Source: Candidatus Eiseniibacteriota bacterium (GTDB lineage: Bacteria; Eisenbacteria; RBG-16-71-46). Taken from it: a DNA stretch of 64,000 bases. Of the stretch, positions 39,878-49,066 are shown piece after piece. Below the pieces are notes generated by a model, which saw only the letters and a program-made list of their open reading frames with translations, ran no database searches and was not told the origin of the DNA. How positions within the stretch are numbered: position 1 is the stretch's first letter; each line of letters starts with the position of its first letter. Made by a program: the position numbers and the translations under genes. The stretch lies in NCBI GenBank assembly GCA_963776245.1, contig CAVZLN010000008.1:1-64000 (forward strand), in the 5' to 3' direction.

Positions 39878-40714
39878 ATGGAGGACTCCTTGAACAGCCG
39901 TACGACGAGGCACATGCAAGTTCGCGGCCGGACCGTCCACCTGGCCGACTGGGACCCCGGGTCCACTCCCGGGTGCTCGGACAAGGAGGAGGCGGCCAAG
40001 CGATTGGCGAAGAACCTCGCCCGCATCGACGTGCAGCAGTATCGCCTGTTCGCCGAGGCGCGCCGATCGTTGCTGATCGTGCTCCAGGGCATGGACACCT
40101 CCGGAAAGGACGGCCTGATCCGCAATGTCATGACCGTGTTCAACCCGCAGGGCTGCCGCGTGTGGCCGTTCAAGGTGCCCACGACCGAGGAGGCCGCACA
40201 CGACTTCCTGTGGCGCATCCATCGCGCGGCGCCGGCCCGCGGCGAGATCTCGATCTTCAATCGTTCGCACTACGAGGACGTGCTCGTCGTCCGCGTGCAC
40301 GATCTCGTGCCGACACCGGTCTGGTCGCATCGCTACAAGACGATCAATGCGTTCGAGCGCCACCTCCACGTGCAGGGAACCCAGGTGATCAAGCTGTTCC
40401 TGCACATCAGCCGCAAGGAACAGCGGGAGCGCCTGCTCGCACGCCTCGACGATCCGCTCAAGCGCTGGAAGTTCAGCGACGCCGACCTCCTCGAGCGCGA
40501 TCACTGGCGCGCGTATCAGCGCGCGTACGAGGATGCGCTCGCTCGCTGCAGCACGCGGCACGCGCCGTGGTACGTCATCCCGGCGAACAACAAGTGGTAC
40601 CGCGACCTGGCGGTCTCCGAGGTGCTGGCGGAGACGCTCGAGAAGATGGACCCCAGGCTGCCCCGGGTGAAGCTGGATGCGAAGGGGCTGCGCGCGAAGT
40701 TGATGGCCTCCTGA
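39878..40714 (+). CDS. ppk2: Polyphosphate kinase 2 family (class III-like) polyP:nucleotide phosphotransferase (start 39878 or 39915)
   Basis: LQGMDTSGKDG, FKVPT.EE..HDFLWR, FNRSHYEDVL, KLFLHIS, RWKFS..D, APWYVIPA. Confidence 0.95.
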   Translation: MEDSLNSRTTRHMQVRGRTVHLADWDPGSTPGCSDKEEAAKRLAKNLARIDVQQYRLFAEARRSLLIVLQGMDTSGKDGLIRNVMTVFNPQGCRVWPFKVPTTEEAAHDFLWRIHRAAPARGEISIFNRSHYEDVLVVRVHDLVPTPVWSHRYKTINAFERHLHVQGTQVIKLFLHISRKEQRERLLARLDDPLKRWKFSDADLLERDHWRAYQRAYEDALARCSTRHAPWYVIPANNKWYRDLAVSEVLAETLEKMDPRLPRVKLDAKGLRAKLMAS

Positions 40715-40795
40715 AGCCCGCCGTGGGCCGGCTCGGGGCCTCCGCGCGGTTCCCCGCGACTCTCCCCCCGGCGGGAGAGCGCCGCCCGGCCGCGC

Positions 40796-40920
40796 TTGTA
40801 AGACCTGCTGGAAGGTGCCGGTAGGTCTTACAACCAGGCGCCGCCCCCCTGCGGTTTGCTCCCCTCTGGACCCGATTCACGGCTCCCCGCTCGGTCCGGG
40901 ACTGGCACAAGAAGTGCCCT
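40796..40920 (+). promoter_or_regulatory. sigma54 promoter with inverted upstream activator sites
   Basis: TTGTAAGACCT-N16-AGGTCTTACAA 40796-40833; CTGGCACAAGAAGTGCCCT 40902-40920. Confidence 0.82.
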
Positions 40921-41002
40921 TCATCCGGGTCCATGACGCTGTTCGATCCGTCCGAGCCCGGTGCCTCGTCGCCGGCGGGCGAGTCCTTCGAACGGAGAAC
41001 CG

Positions 41003-41806
41003 ATGCAGAAGGCAGTGGCGGGACCGCAGCCGGCGCCGACCGCGGTGCCCGAAACACTCAAGAAGCTCGACGACGCCGTCATCGCGCCCCGCCACGTCCG
41101 TCGCTATCGCGCGGCGGCGTTCCAGATCTACGTGCTGGTCGCGGCCGTCGTGTTCGTGGTGCTGGCGGTGGTCGCCCACTCGGTCGCCTACTTCCCCATC
41201 GATCTTACCATCACGCGCGCGGTCCAGAGCTACCCCGGCCACCTGTTCCACCATCTGATGTACGGCGTGAGCTGGACGGGGTTCTTCCCGCAGGTGGCGC
41301 TCATCGGCCTCGGCGTGATCCTGGCGCTGTGGCTCGGGGGCCTGCGCTGGGAGGCGGCCGCCACGGTGGTCGCGACTCTGAGCGCGGCGGTGGGCGCGCT
41401 GATCAAGCTCATCGTCTCCCGCCCACGGCCGAACGTGGACCTGGTGCAGGTGTTCGCGCAGCTCTCGTCCTCCGGGTTCCCGAGCGGGCACGTGCTGTTG
41501 TGCACGGCGTTCGTCGGCTTCCTCGTCTTCCTGTGCTATACGCTGCTCAAGCCCTCCGTCGGCCGCACCCTCGGGATCGCGGCGCTGTTCATCATCATCG
41601 TGCTCATGGGACCTTCGCGGATCTACATGGGTCAGCACTGGTTCAGCGACGTGATGGGCGCCTACCTGTTCGGCAGCCTCTGGCTGGCGCTCACGATCAA
41701 GGTCTACATCTGGGGCAAGCCGCGGTACTTCGTCCACCAACCGGTGGCGCCGGCGGAGCCCGTCGCACCGGCGGGCGCCGCCTCCGCCTCCATCGGCACG
41801 AGCTAG
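41003..41806 (+). CDS. PAP2-family membrane phosphatase
   Basis: KLIVSRPRP, GFPSGH, SRIYMGQHWFSDV. Confidence 0.93.
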   Translation: MQKAVAGPQPAPTAVPETLKKLDDAVIAPRHVRRYRAAAFQIYVLVAAVVFVVLAVVAHSVAYFPIDLTITRAVQSYPGHLFHHLMYGVSWTGFFPQVALIGLGVILALWLGGLRWEAAATVVATLSAAVGALIKLIVSRPRPNVDLVQVFAQLSSSGFPSGHVLLCTAFVGFLVFLCYTLLKPSVGRTLGIAALFIIIVLMGPSRIYMGQHWFSDVMGAYLFGSLWLALTIKVYIWGKPRYFVHQPVAPAEPVAPAGAASASIGTS

Positions 41807-41816
41807 GAACGACGCG

Positions 41817-42728
41817 ATGACGCTTTCCGGGGTGCCCCGGCCATTCGCGGTCGCCCGTGCCGGACGAAGCGCGGGTGAGAAGGCGCGCGAGGTGGCCGCG
41901 AACCCCTGGATCGAGCGACTCGCGCGCTTCGGCCACGTCGTCCGCGGGATCATCTACTTCCTCCCCGGAGCGCTGGCGTTGAAACTCGCCCTCGGCCAGC
42001 ACGGCCAGACGACCACCCAGGCGGGGGCGATCGACCTCATCGCCCAGCAGCCGCTCGGCTGGTTGCTCCTCCCGGCCGTCGCCGTGGGCCTCGCGGGCTA
42101 CTCGATGTGGGGCCTCGTCCGCGCGGTGTTCGATCCGCTGCGCCGTGGGCACTCCCCGGTCGGACTCGCACAGCGCTTCGGCTATGCCATGAGCGCCATC
42201 GCGTACGCTGGCCTGCTCGCGGCCACGCTGCGCTACCTGGCGGGTGCCCTGTCCCACGTCGCGCCGGCGCAGGACTGGACCGTGGGGCTCCTGGGCCAGC
42301 CATTCGGGGCCCTGCTGGTGGGCATCGTGGGCGCGTGCTGGATCCTCGGCTCGGGACTTCCGCAGATCGTGGAGGGTTGGCGCGCGGGCTTCGCCCGCGA
42401 TCTCGCGCTCGAGCGCATGGGTGCCCGCGAGCGCCGCTGGGCGATGCGGCTCGGGCGGGTGGGATCGATCGCGCGCGGCATCGTCTTCACGATCATCGGC
42501 ATGCTGCTCGTCTCCGCCGCGCTGCACCGGAGTCCCCTCGGCGAGGGCGGCCTCGACGGGGCCTTGCTCGCGCTCCTCCACCATCCATTCGGCCGATCGC
42601 TCCTCGGCGCGGCGGGCGCAGGCCTGATGGCCTTCGGAATCTACTCGGCGATGTGCGCCCGCTGGATGCGGATGCACGGGACCGGGTCCGCTCCCGCCCC
42701 ACCCTCGTCCCCCATCTCACTTTCATGA
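41817..42728 (+). CDS. DUF1206-domain membrane protein
   Basis: Repeated LARFG..RG / QPLG / QPFG / HPFG segments; GLDGAL. Confidence 0.82.
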   Translation: MTLSGVPRPFAVARAGRSAGEKAREVAANPWIERLARFGHVVRGIIYFLPGALALKLALGQHGQTTTQAGAIDLIAQQPLGWLLLPAVAVGLAGYSMWGLVRAVFDPLRRGHSPVGLAQRFGYAMSAIAYAGLLAATLRYLAGALSHVAPAQDWTVGLLGQPFGALLVGIVGACWILGSGLPQIVEGWRAGFARDLALERMGARERRWAMRLGRVGSIARGIVFTIIGMLLVSAALHRSPLGEGGLDGALLALLHHPFGRSLLGAAGAGLMAFGIYSAMCARWMRMHGTGSAPAPPSSPISLS

Positions 42729-42742
42729 GGTCCGATACGCAC

Positions 42743-43969
42743 ATGCGCGATCCCTCGACGTCCTCGATCCTCAAGGCGCTGCATCGCAAGCAGGAGAAGC
42801 ACCGGGCGCAGCTGACCCGCGTGGAGAAGACCACGGCGCAACTCGAGAAACGCAAGCTCAAGCTGGAGGCCCTGGAGTCGCGCATCGCCGATCTCGAGCG
42901 GCGGGCGGCCGACCCCGAAGCCGCGCGCCACAGTGACAAGGGCGATGGCCGGGGTGTGCTCCGGCGCGCCCAGCTGATCTTCAATCCAGCCTCCGGGCGC
43001 GATGCGCAGAACAACGCCATGCGCCTGTCCCAGATCGTCCGCAGCCTGCGCTCCCACCGCATCAAGGTCGAGATCGGGATCAAGACCTCGGGCCGTGCGG
43101 CGCGCATGCTGGCGCGCGACGCGGTCAAGGCCGGGGCACCGCTCGTGATCGTGGCGGCCGGCGACGGCACCATCGGTGACATCGCGTCGGAACTCGTCGG
43201 CAGTCCGACCGCACTGGGCATCGTTCCGATCGGCACCATGAACAACGTCGCTCGCTCGCTCGGCGTACCGCTCGACATCGACGACGCCTGCGCGCTGATC
43301 GGCATGGGCACGACGCGCCACATCGACCTCGGCCGGGTGCACACGATCGAGAACCCGCAGGGCGAGTACTTCCTCGAGTGCGCGGGAGTGGGCCTGAGCG
43401 CGATCGGTGCGCTCGCGGGGCAGTCGTCCGAGAAGCGACGGTGGCACACGCTCCCCCGCGCGTTTCGCCGCTTCTTCGAGACCCGGATCGGCGTGATGCG
43501 CGTCGAACTGGATGGCGTGGTCATCGAAGCCTCCACCCGCCTGGTGACCGTCTCGAACGCGCCGCTCATGGGGAACAACATGCTCGCCGCCCCGGGAGCC
43601 AAGATGGACGACGGGTTCCTCGACGTGTCGGTCTACGACGGGATGGGCAATGCGGCCCTGGTCGCGCATTTCCTCGCCGCGTCGTCCCAGGCGCCCGACG
43701 ATCTGAAGATCTACCGGGCCCGCCGGATGCGCATCACCACCGAGGAGCCGCTGCTCACCAATTCGGACATGAAGATCGGGCGCGTCCCCAACGTGGTCGA
43801 GATCGAGGTCGTTCCCGCCGCGCTGTCGGCGATCGTCGGCAACGGGATCGGACTCACGATCCCGGTCGCGTCGGCGCCCAAGGCCCCGACGTTCGCGGCG
43901 GACCCGCCGAACACCAACGGATCGAAGGACGACGCGCTGCTCGACGCGCTCGTGCCCGCCCATCCCTAG
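42743..43969 (+). CDS. Diacylglycerol/lipid kinase (YegS/DAGK family) with N-terminal coiled coil (alt start 42725)
   Basis: IFNPASG, AAGDGT, PIGTMNNVAR, DDGFLDV. Confidence 0.9.
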   Translation: MRDPSTSSILKALHRKQEKHRAQLTRVEKTTAQLEKRKLKLEALESRIADLERRAADPEAARHSDKGDGRGVLRRAQLIFNPASGRDAQNNAMRLSQIVRSLRSHRIKVEIGIKTSGRAARMLARDAVKAGAPLVIVAAGDGTIGDIASELVGSPTALGIVPIGTMNNVARSLGVPLDIDDACALIGMGTTRHIDLGRVHTIENPQGEYFLECAGVGLSAIGALAGQSSEKRRWHTLPRAFRRFFETRIGVMRVELDGVVIEASTRLVTVSNAPLMGNNMLAAPGAKMDDGFLDVSVYDGMGNAALVAHFLAASSQAPDDLKIYRARRMRITTEEPLLTNSDMKIGRVPNVVEIEVVPAALSAIVGNGIGLTIPVASAPKAPTFAADPPNTNGSKDDALLDALVPAHP

Positions 43970-44014
43970 CCGGGTCCGGCTTGCGCTCGCACCGCGGCCA
44001 TACGCACGCCGCGC

Positions 44015-45010
44015 TCAGCGAAGCGAGCGCACCAGCAGGGCGGCGAGGAAGCCCAGCACGGCCGTCACCGGGATCGTCAGCAGCCAGGCGTTCACCATCG
44101 TCGACGCCACGGCCCAGCGCACGGCGTTCAGCCGCTTCCAGGCACCGACGCCGAGGATGCACGAGCTGATGACGTGCGTCGTGCTGAGCGGGAAGCCCAG
44201 CCGCGAGGCGACCTGGATGACCGCCGCCGCGGAGGTCTCCGCGGCAAATCCGTGGATCGGCTGGAGTTGAGCGAGCCGGTTGCCCATCGTGTGGATGATC
44301 CGGCGTCCGCCCGCGAACGTGCCCGCGGCCATCGCCCCCGCGCTCAGCGCGATCACCCACGTGGGAACCCGGAACGACGGCAGGATGCCGCCGCTCACCA
44401 GCGCGAGCGTGATGATGCCCATCGTCTTCTGCGCGTCGTTGCCTCCGTGGCTGAACGCCATGAACGCCGCCGACACGATCTGGGTGCGCCGGAAGATGGG
44501 CCCGACACGCGCCGGCCGCATCGAGCCGAAGATCCTCGCGAGCAGGCGCATCAGCCCGACGGCGACCAGGAAGCCCACGACCGGGGACACCAGAAGCGGC
44601 AGCGCGACCTTGGTCCACAGCACCCCCCAGTGAACCGCTCCCGGCCCGAGGCTCGCGATCCCGGCTCCCAGCAGGCTGCCGACCAGGGCGTGGCTCGAGC
44701 TGCTGGGGATCCCGCGGTACCAGGTGATGAGGTTCCACGCGATCGCCGCGCCCAGCGCCGCGGCGATCGCCCCGAGCGGCACGGAGGCGCCCACGATGCC
44801 GCTACCCACGGTCTTCGCGACCTCGGTCCCGGTCATCGCGCCGATGAAGTTGAGAGCCCCCGCCATCGTGATCGCGACCCACGGCCTCATCACCCGGGTC
44901 GAGATGACGGTTGCGACCGCGTTCGCCGTGTCGTGGAATCCATTGATGAAGTCGAACACCACGGCCAGTCCGATGACCACCAGCAGAGGGGTGAGCGCCG
45001 GATCAGGCAT
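44015..45010 (-). CDS. pit: PiT-family inorganic phosphate transporter
   Basis: FINGFHDTANAVAT, GIPSSSSHAL, FSHGGNDAQKTMG, PLSTTH. Confidence 0.96.
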   Translation of the reverse strand: MPDPALTPLLVVIGLAVVFDFINGFHDTANAVATVISTRVMRPWVAITMAGALNFIGAMTGTEVAKTVGSGIVGASVPLGAIAAALGAAIAWNLITWYRGIPSSSSHALVGSLLGAGIASLGPGAVHWGVLWTKVALPLLVSPVVGFLVAVGLMRLLARIFGSMRPARVGPIFRRTQIVSAAFMAFSHGGNDAQKTMGIITLALVSGGILPSFRVPTWVIALSAGAMAAGTFAGGRRIIHTMGNRLAQLQPIHGFAAETSAAAVIQVASRLGFPLSTTHVISSCILGVGAWKRLNAVRWAVASTMVNAWLLTIPVTAVLGFLAALLVRSLR

Positions 45011-45635
45011 GCTTGAGCACGAGCCCGCGCAGGACGTCCGCGATCTCCTCGGAGTCGTCGGTGACGTGCTCCATGGTCTCGTAGATGCGGCTCCACGCGA
45101 TCACCTCGGTGGGATCGTGCGGATGATGGAACAGGTCCATGATGCCCTGCCGCAACAGCGCGTCGCCCGCGTTCTCGAGCCGGTGGATCTCGACCACGCC
45201 CTCCTGCACCTGCCGCATCGCCGACCGGCTGCGCAGGTGCGGCAGCTGCCGGGCCACGACCTCGGTGCACTGGACGATGATCGCCGCCAGCGCGAGGGCG
45301 ACGGCGGTGGGGGTGCGAACGTTGTAGACCAGCATCGCGTCCGCGGCCTCGTGGATGTGGTCCATGACGTCGTCCAGGCCGGTCGCGATGGCGATGATGT
45401 CTTCGCGATCCATCGGCGGTATGAACACGCTGTTCAGCGCCGCGTACATCCGGTGGGTGATCTCGTCGCCCTTGTGCTCCAGGTCGTGCAGGCGCGCGAC
45501 CATGGTGCCGCGATCGCGGAAGTCCTGGCAGAGCCCATCCAGCAGGTTCGCCGCCTCGACGTTGTTCCGCGCCGCCTCTTCGAAACCACCGAAGAAGTCC
45601 ACCTTCGGCCTGCGCATCCTCTCGATGATCCCCAA
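45003..45635 (-). CDS. DUF47 (PhoU-like) PiT accessory protein
   Basis: LEHKGDEITH, FIPPMDREDI, LDDVMD, LENAGD, EHVTD; overlaps pit start. Confidence 0.92.
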   Translation of the reverse strand: MGIIERMRRPKVDFFGGFEEAARNNVEAANLLDGLCQDFRDRGTMVARLHDLEHKGDEITHRMYAALNSVFIPPMDREDIIAIATGLDDVMDHIHEAADAMLVYNVRTPTAVALALAAIIVQCTEVVARQLPHLRSRSAMRQVQEGVVEIHRLENAGDALLRQGIMDLFHHPHDPTEVIAWSRIYETMEHVTDDSEEIADVLRGLVLKHA

Positions 45636-45665
45636 AGTCCCTCCTGGGAAGTCGTCCGTGGCGTG

Positions 45666-46334
45666 CTACTGGTTCGTGGCCGGCGGATCCACGCGCTCGG
45701 CCGCCCGCTCGGCCTCGGCCGTGGGGATGACGGGATGGGTGGCGGACTGCGCCGGGAGCACCTCGGGAGCGGGCTGCCCGAGCGCCGCCGCTTCGAGCGC
45801 CGCGCCCGGTGTGGGCGGTGGTGCGGCGTCCGGCGTCGGCTCCGCCACGGTGGCTTCGGCCTCGACCATGGCCTTGGGCTTCTCGATCCCCTCCCCCTCG
45901 ACGCGGGCCTCGTCGGGCCGTTCGGACACCAGGGCACGCAGCCGGCCCGCCAGCGCGCGCACCACCCCCTTGAGCAGCGTCAGGTCACCGGCGGCCACGT
46001 CGTAGAAGGCATCGCGGTGAAGCGCGAGCGCCACCCCGTCCTCGATGCACGCCGCCCCCTGCCCGCGCGAGGAATCGTCCACCAGGGCCCAGGTCCCGAA
46101 CGACTCGCCCGGACCGACCTCCGAGATCGTGCGCTCGCCGGAGGTGAGCCGCACCCGGCCCTCGACCATCATGTAGAGCGCATCGGCGATGTCGTCCTCC
46201 TGGAAGATGACCTCTCCCGCCGCGAGTTCGACCTCGCGCGCGAGTTCCGCCAGCTCCAGGAGGTGCCGCGGGCCCACCTCATGGAGCAGGTCCGCTCCCT
46301 TGAGGATCATCACCCGCTCGACCAAGGTCAGCAT
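45666..46334 (-). CDS. Cyclic-nucleotide-binding domain protein with low-complexity acidic tail
   Basis: MLTLVERVMILK, IFQEDD.ADALY, GPGESFG. Confidence 0.85.
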   Translation of the reverse strand: MLTLVERVMILKGADLLHEVGPRHLLELAELAREVELAAGEVIFQEDDIADALYMMVEGRVRLTSGERTISEVGPGESFGTWALVDDSSRGQGAACIEDGVALALHRDAFYDVAAGDLTLLKGVVRALAGRLRALVSERPDEARVEGEGIEKPKAMVEAEATVAEPTPDAAPPPTPGAALEAAALGQPAPEVLPAQSATHPVIPTAEAERAAERVDPPATNQ

Positions 46335-49057
46335 GCCATCCCCCGCGCGGCCGCGTCCGGGGATCGGGCGCCGGCAAGCCCCAGCGAGACGATCTCGGCC
46401 CGCACCCGGGGGTCGTCGTCCTCGCCGGTCGCGAAGCCGCCCGGATCGAAGGATGGGGAGTGGCGCGAGGCGCGCACCGCGCAGGCGCGCAACCACCCGT
46501 CCTTCGAGTTCCAGGCGGCCCCGATCCACACCGCAAGCGGGTCCGGAGCGGTCGGCTCGTCCGCGGTCACGGTCACGGGTTCTTCGAAGACCTTTCTCAC
46601 CGCCCCGAAGATCGAGCGCGGCAGCATGTGCTCGAGGTACTCGAGGGCGGGCGAGGCGACCAGCCGGTCGCGCGAGCGAAGCCGCTCGAGGACGCCCATG
46701 AGCGGCCCGGGTTCATACCAGCACGCGAGCGCCTGCACGGCACGCTCCAGGGCGGTCTCGGCCGACTCCCGGTAGCTCTCGGCGAGCAGCCTGACCTCCG
46801 TGGCGGGGTGCGATCCGAGCGCAGTGGCCGGGTCGAGGCAGTCCCGGTAATCGCGGAGTTCACGCAGGAAGAGCCGGTGCACGACGTGTTGCGCCAGCAC
46901 CGGCTGCCCCAGACGCACGCGCACCCGCGCCAGCCCCCGCAGCCCGAGGTGTCGCATCCCGAGGTCGCCGCTGCGGGCGAGCCTCTCGAGCGCCGCCTGG
47001 GCGCGACGACTCCCGATCTGCGCCAGGACGTTGGCGGCGAGCGACGGGGCGCGGTCCCCCCCCGCGCCGTCCAGCAGGCGCTCGAGACCGGGCACCGCAG
47101 GATCGCCGACCGCCGCGACCGCCATCCGCGCCTCGTAGTGGAGCCCGGGCACGACGAGTAGGGGCAACAGCACGTCGAGGATCTCGCGCGAAGGCCGGCG
47201 GATCGCGGACAGCAGGGCGGCCCTGCGGATCTCGGGATCCGGATGCGCGAGCAGGGCACGCAGCCGCCGCACGGGCGCCTGGCCGGTCAGCGCCCCCAGC
47301 CCACGAGCGGCGAGCAGCAGGTCCTCGCCGCGGGTCGAGGCAAGGCGGGCATCGACCCATTCCAGGGTGAGGGCCGCCCGCGCCGAGCACGGCAGCTCGA
47401 ACAGCACGTCGACGGCGTACTGCTGCAGCGTCCGGTCGTCCCCCGCGAGCACCTGGCGGGCGAACTCCTCGGGACGCGGGCCCCGCACCAGCAGGTGGCG
47501 CATCGCCGCGCGGCGCAGCACCTCGTGCGGCTCGCTCAGGAAGCCGGCGATCCGGTTTTCGCGATCGGCCAGGCCCAGCGATTCCATCGCGGCCACGGCG
47601 GCGGCGCGCACATCGGGCGACCCATGCGCCAGGCACTCGCGCACGGCCAGCACGATACGCGCATCTTTCACCTCGCCGCTGAGCCGCAGGGCGAGGACGA
47701 TCCGCCGTTCATCCTCGGCGTGCAGGGCTTCGACCAGCGCCCGGCGCGCCGCCGGGATGCGCAGCGCCTCGGGGGTCTCCTCGGGCTCGATCCAGCGGCT
47801 GCTGAGGACCTGCTGGAACGCGCGGCCGTACTGGCGATCGAGTGCGAACAGCATGCCGATCCATGCCACCGTGAGGACGGCGGTGATGGTCGCGATCATC
47901 GCCACCGGCACGCGCAGCACGTGGAGCGCGACCACCAGCAGCACGCCGACCGCCGCATCCGACCAGCGCTCGACCAGGGTGTCGACGGCGGGCTTGATGC
48001 GCCGGCGCTGACTCGGACGGATCGCGGTGTAGTAGATCTCGTTGGTCGACTTCCCCAGCGTCTGCGAGAGCACGCCCTGGATCCACCGCATCGCGACCAC
48101 CACCCACATGCCGGGGGCGACCGCCGCCCACGAGGCCAGGCCCAGGACCGTCGCGGGCTGGAGACCGGTCGAGAAGCCGAGGCCCAGGCGCTGCAGCAGC
48201 CATCCCGCCGCGCCGAACTGGAACAACAGCGAGAGCCCGTTGAGTCCGACGTAGAACCGGCCCAGGAACCGCGTCAGCGCCTGGGGATCGGGATAGCGGT
48301 GCTGGAGGAAGTACTTGAACTGGAAGTCCACCAGGGTGCCCACGATCACCGACAGCGCGAGCACGATGACGAGGATCATGATGTAGGGCGATCGGCGGAT
48401 GATCTTCCAGGGCGATGTGGCGATGTCCCGGGGGCGCTGTCGATGCGTGCGATGGGCCTCGAGGTTGCGCGTGAGCGCGCGGGCCGCCAGCAGGAAGACC
48501 GGCAGCGTCCACATCAGGCCGACCCGCTGGATGAGAGGTGTCGACCAGCCGGCCAGCGCGCCGCCGGCCAGCCCGCCGAGCAGCCCGCAGCCCGCCAGCA
48601 ACGGGAACACCCGGCGCGCCCGGCGCGAATCCCACAGGTCGAGCGCGAGGCCCCAGAAGTGGGGCAGCAGCATCATCGCCTGGCTGCCGGTCCACACGTA
48701 GAAGACCGCCGTGGTCCAGCGGTGCGCGTGGGGATAGGCGAGCGCCGCCACCACGCTGCACGCGATCGCGAGGTACTGATTGAAGCCCCGGACCCCGACG
48801 AGCGTGAAGCGCCCGGCCCAGCGGGCCTCGAACCAGACGAACCCCGCCGTGCCCAGCGCGACCGCCACGTACGCATAGGGCAGCGCCATCGCGCCGAACT
48901 CCGCCAGGAAGAGCGCGTCGCGGAGCACCTTCGCGACCGTGTAGGCGCCGTACAGCACGGCGACCAGCACCCCCATGAGGGCGAGCCGGCGCCCCTCGTC
49001 CGGCTCGAGGCCGAGCCGGCGCGCGAGGCTGTCGAAGGGACGCCTGACATCCATCAC
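46328..49057 (-). CDS. NTT/TLC-family nucleotide transporter domain fused to HEAT repeats
   Basis: KVLRDALFL, FWGLA.D.....ARRVFP, LVDFQFK, IKPAVDTLVER; helical repeats (SPDVRAAAV, DPEIRRAAL). Confidence 0.87.
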   Translation of the reverse strand: MMDVRRPFDSLARRLGLEPDEGRRLALMGVLVAVLYGAYTVAKVLRDALFLAEFGAMALPYAYVAVALGTAGFVWFEARWAGRFTLVGVRGFNQYLAIACSVVAALAYPHAHRWTTAVFYVWTGSQAMMLLPHFWGLALDLWDSRRARRVFPLLAGCGLLGGLAGGALAGWSTPLIQRVGLMWTLPVFLLAARALTRNLEAHRTHRQRPRDIATSPWKIIRRSPYIMILVIVLALSVIVGTLVDFQFKYFLQHRYPDPQALTRFLGRFYVGLNGLSLLFQFGAAGWLLQRLGLGFSTGLQPATVLGLASWAAVAPGMWVVVAMRWIQGVLSQTLGKSTNEIYYTAIRPSQRRRIKPAVDTLVERWSDAAVGVLLVVALHVLRVPVAMIATITAVLTVAWIGMLFALDRQYGRAFQQVLSSRWIEPEETPEALRIPAARRALVEALHAEDERRIVLALRLSGEVKDARIVLAVRECLAHGSPDVRAAAVAAMESLGLADRENRIAGFLSEPHEVLRRAAMRHLLVRGPRPEEFARQVLAGDDRTLQQYAVDVLFELPCSARAALTLEWVDARLASTRGEDLLLAARGLGALTGQAPVRRLRALLAHPDPEIRRAALLSAIRRPSREILDVLLPLLVVPGLHYEARMAVAAVGDPAVPGLERLLDGAGGDRAPSLAANVLAQIGSRRAQAALERLARSGDLGMRHLGLRGLARVRVRLGQPVLAQHVVHRLFLRELRDYRDCLDPATALGSHPATEVRLLAESYRESAETALERAVQALACWYEPGPLMGVLERLRSRDRLVASPALEYLEHMLPRSIFGAVRKVFEEPVTVTADEPTAPDPLAVWIGAAWNSKDGWLRACAVRASRHSPSFDPGGFATGEDDDPRVRAEIVSLGLAGARSPDAAARGMAC

Positions 49058-49066
49058 CGGAACCTC

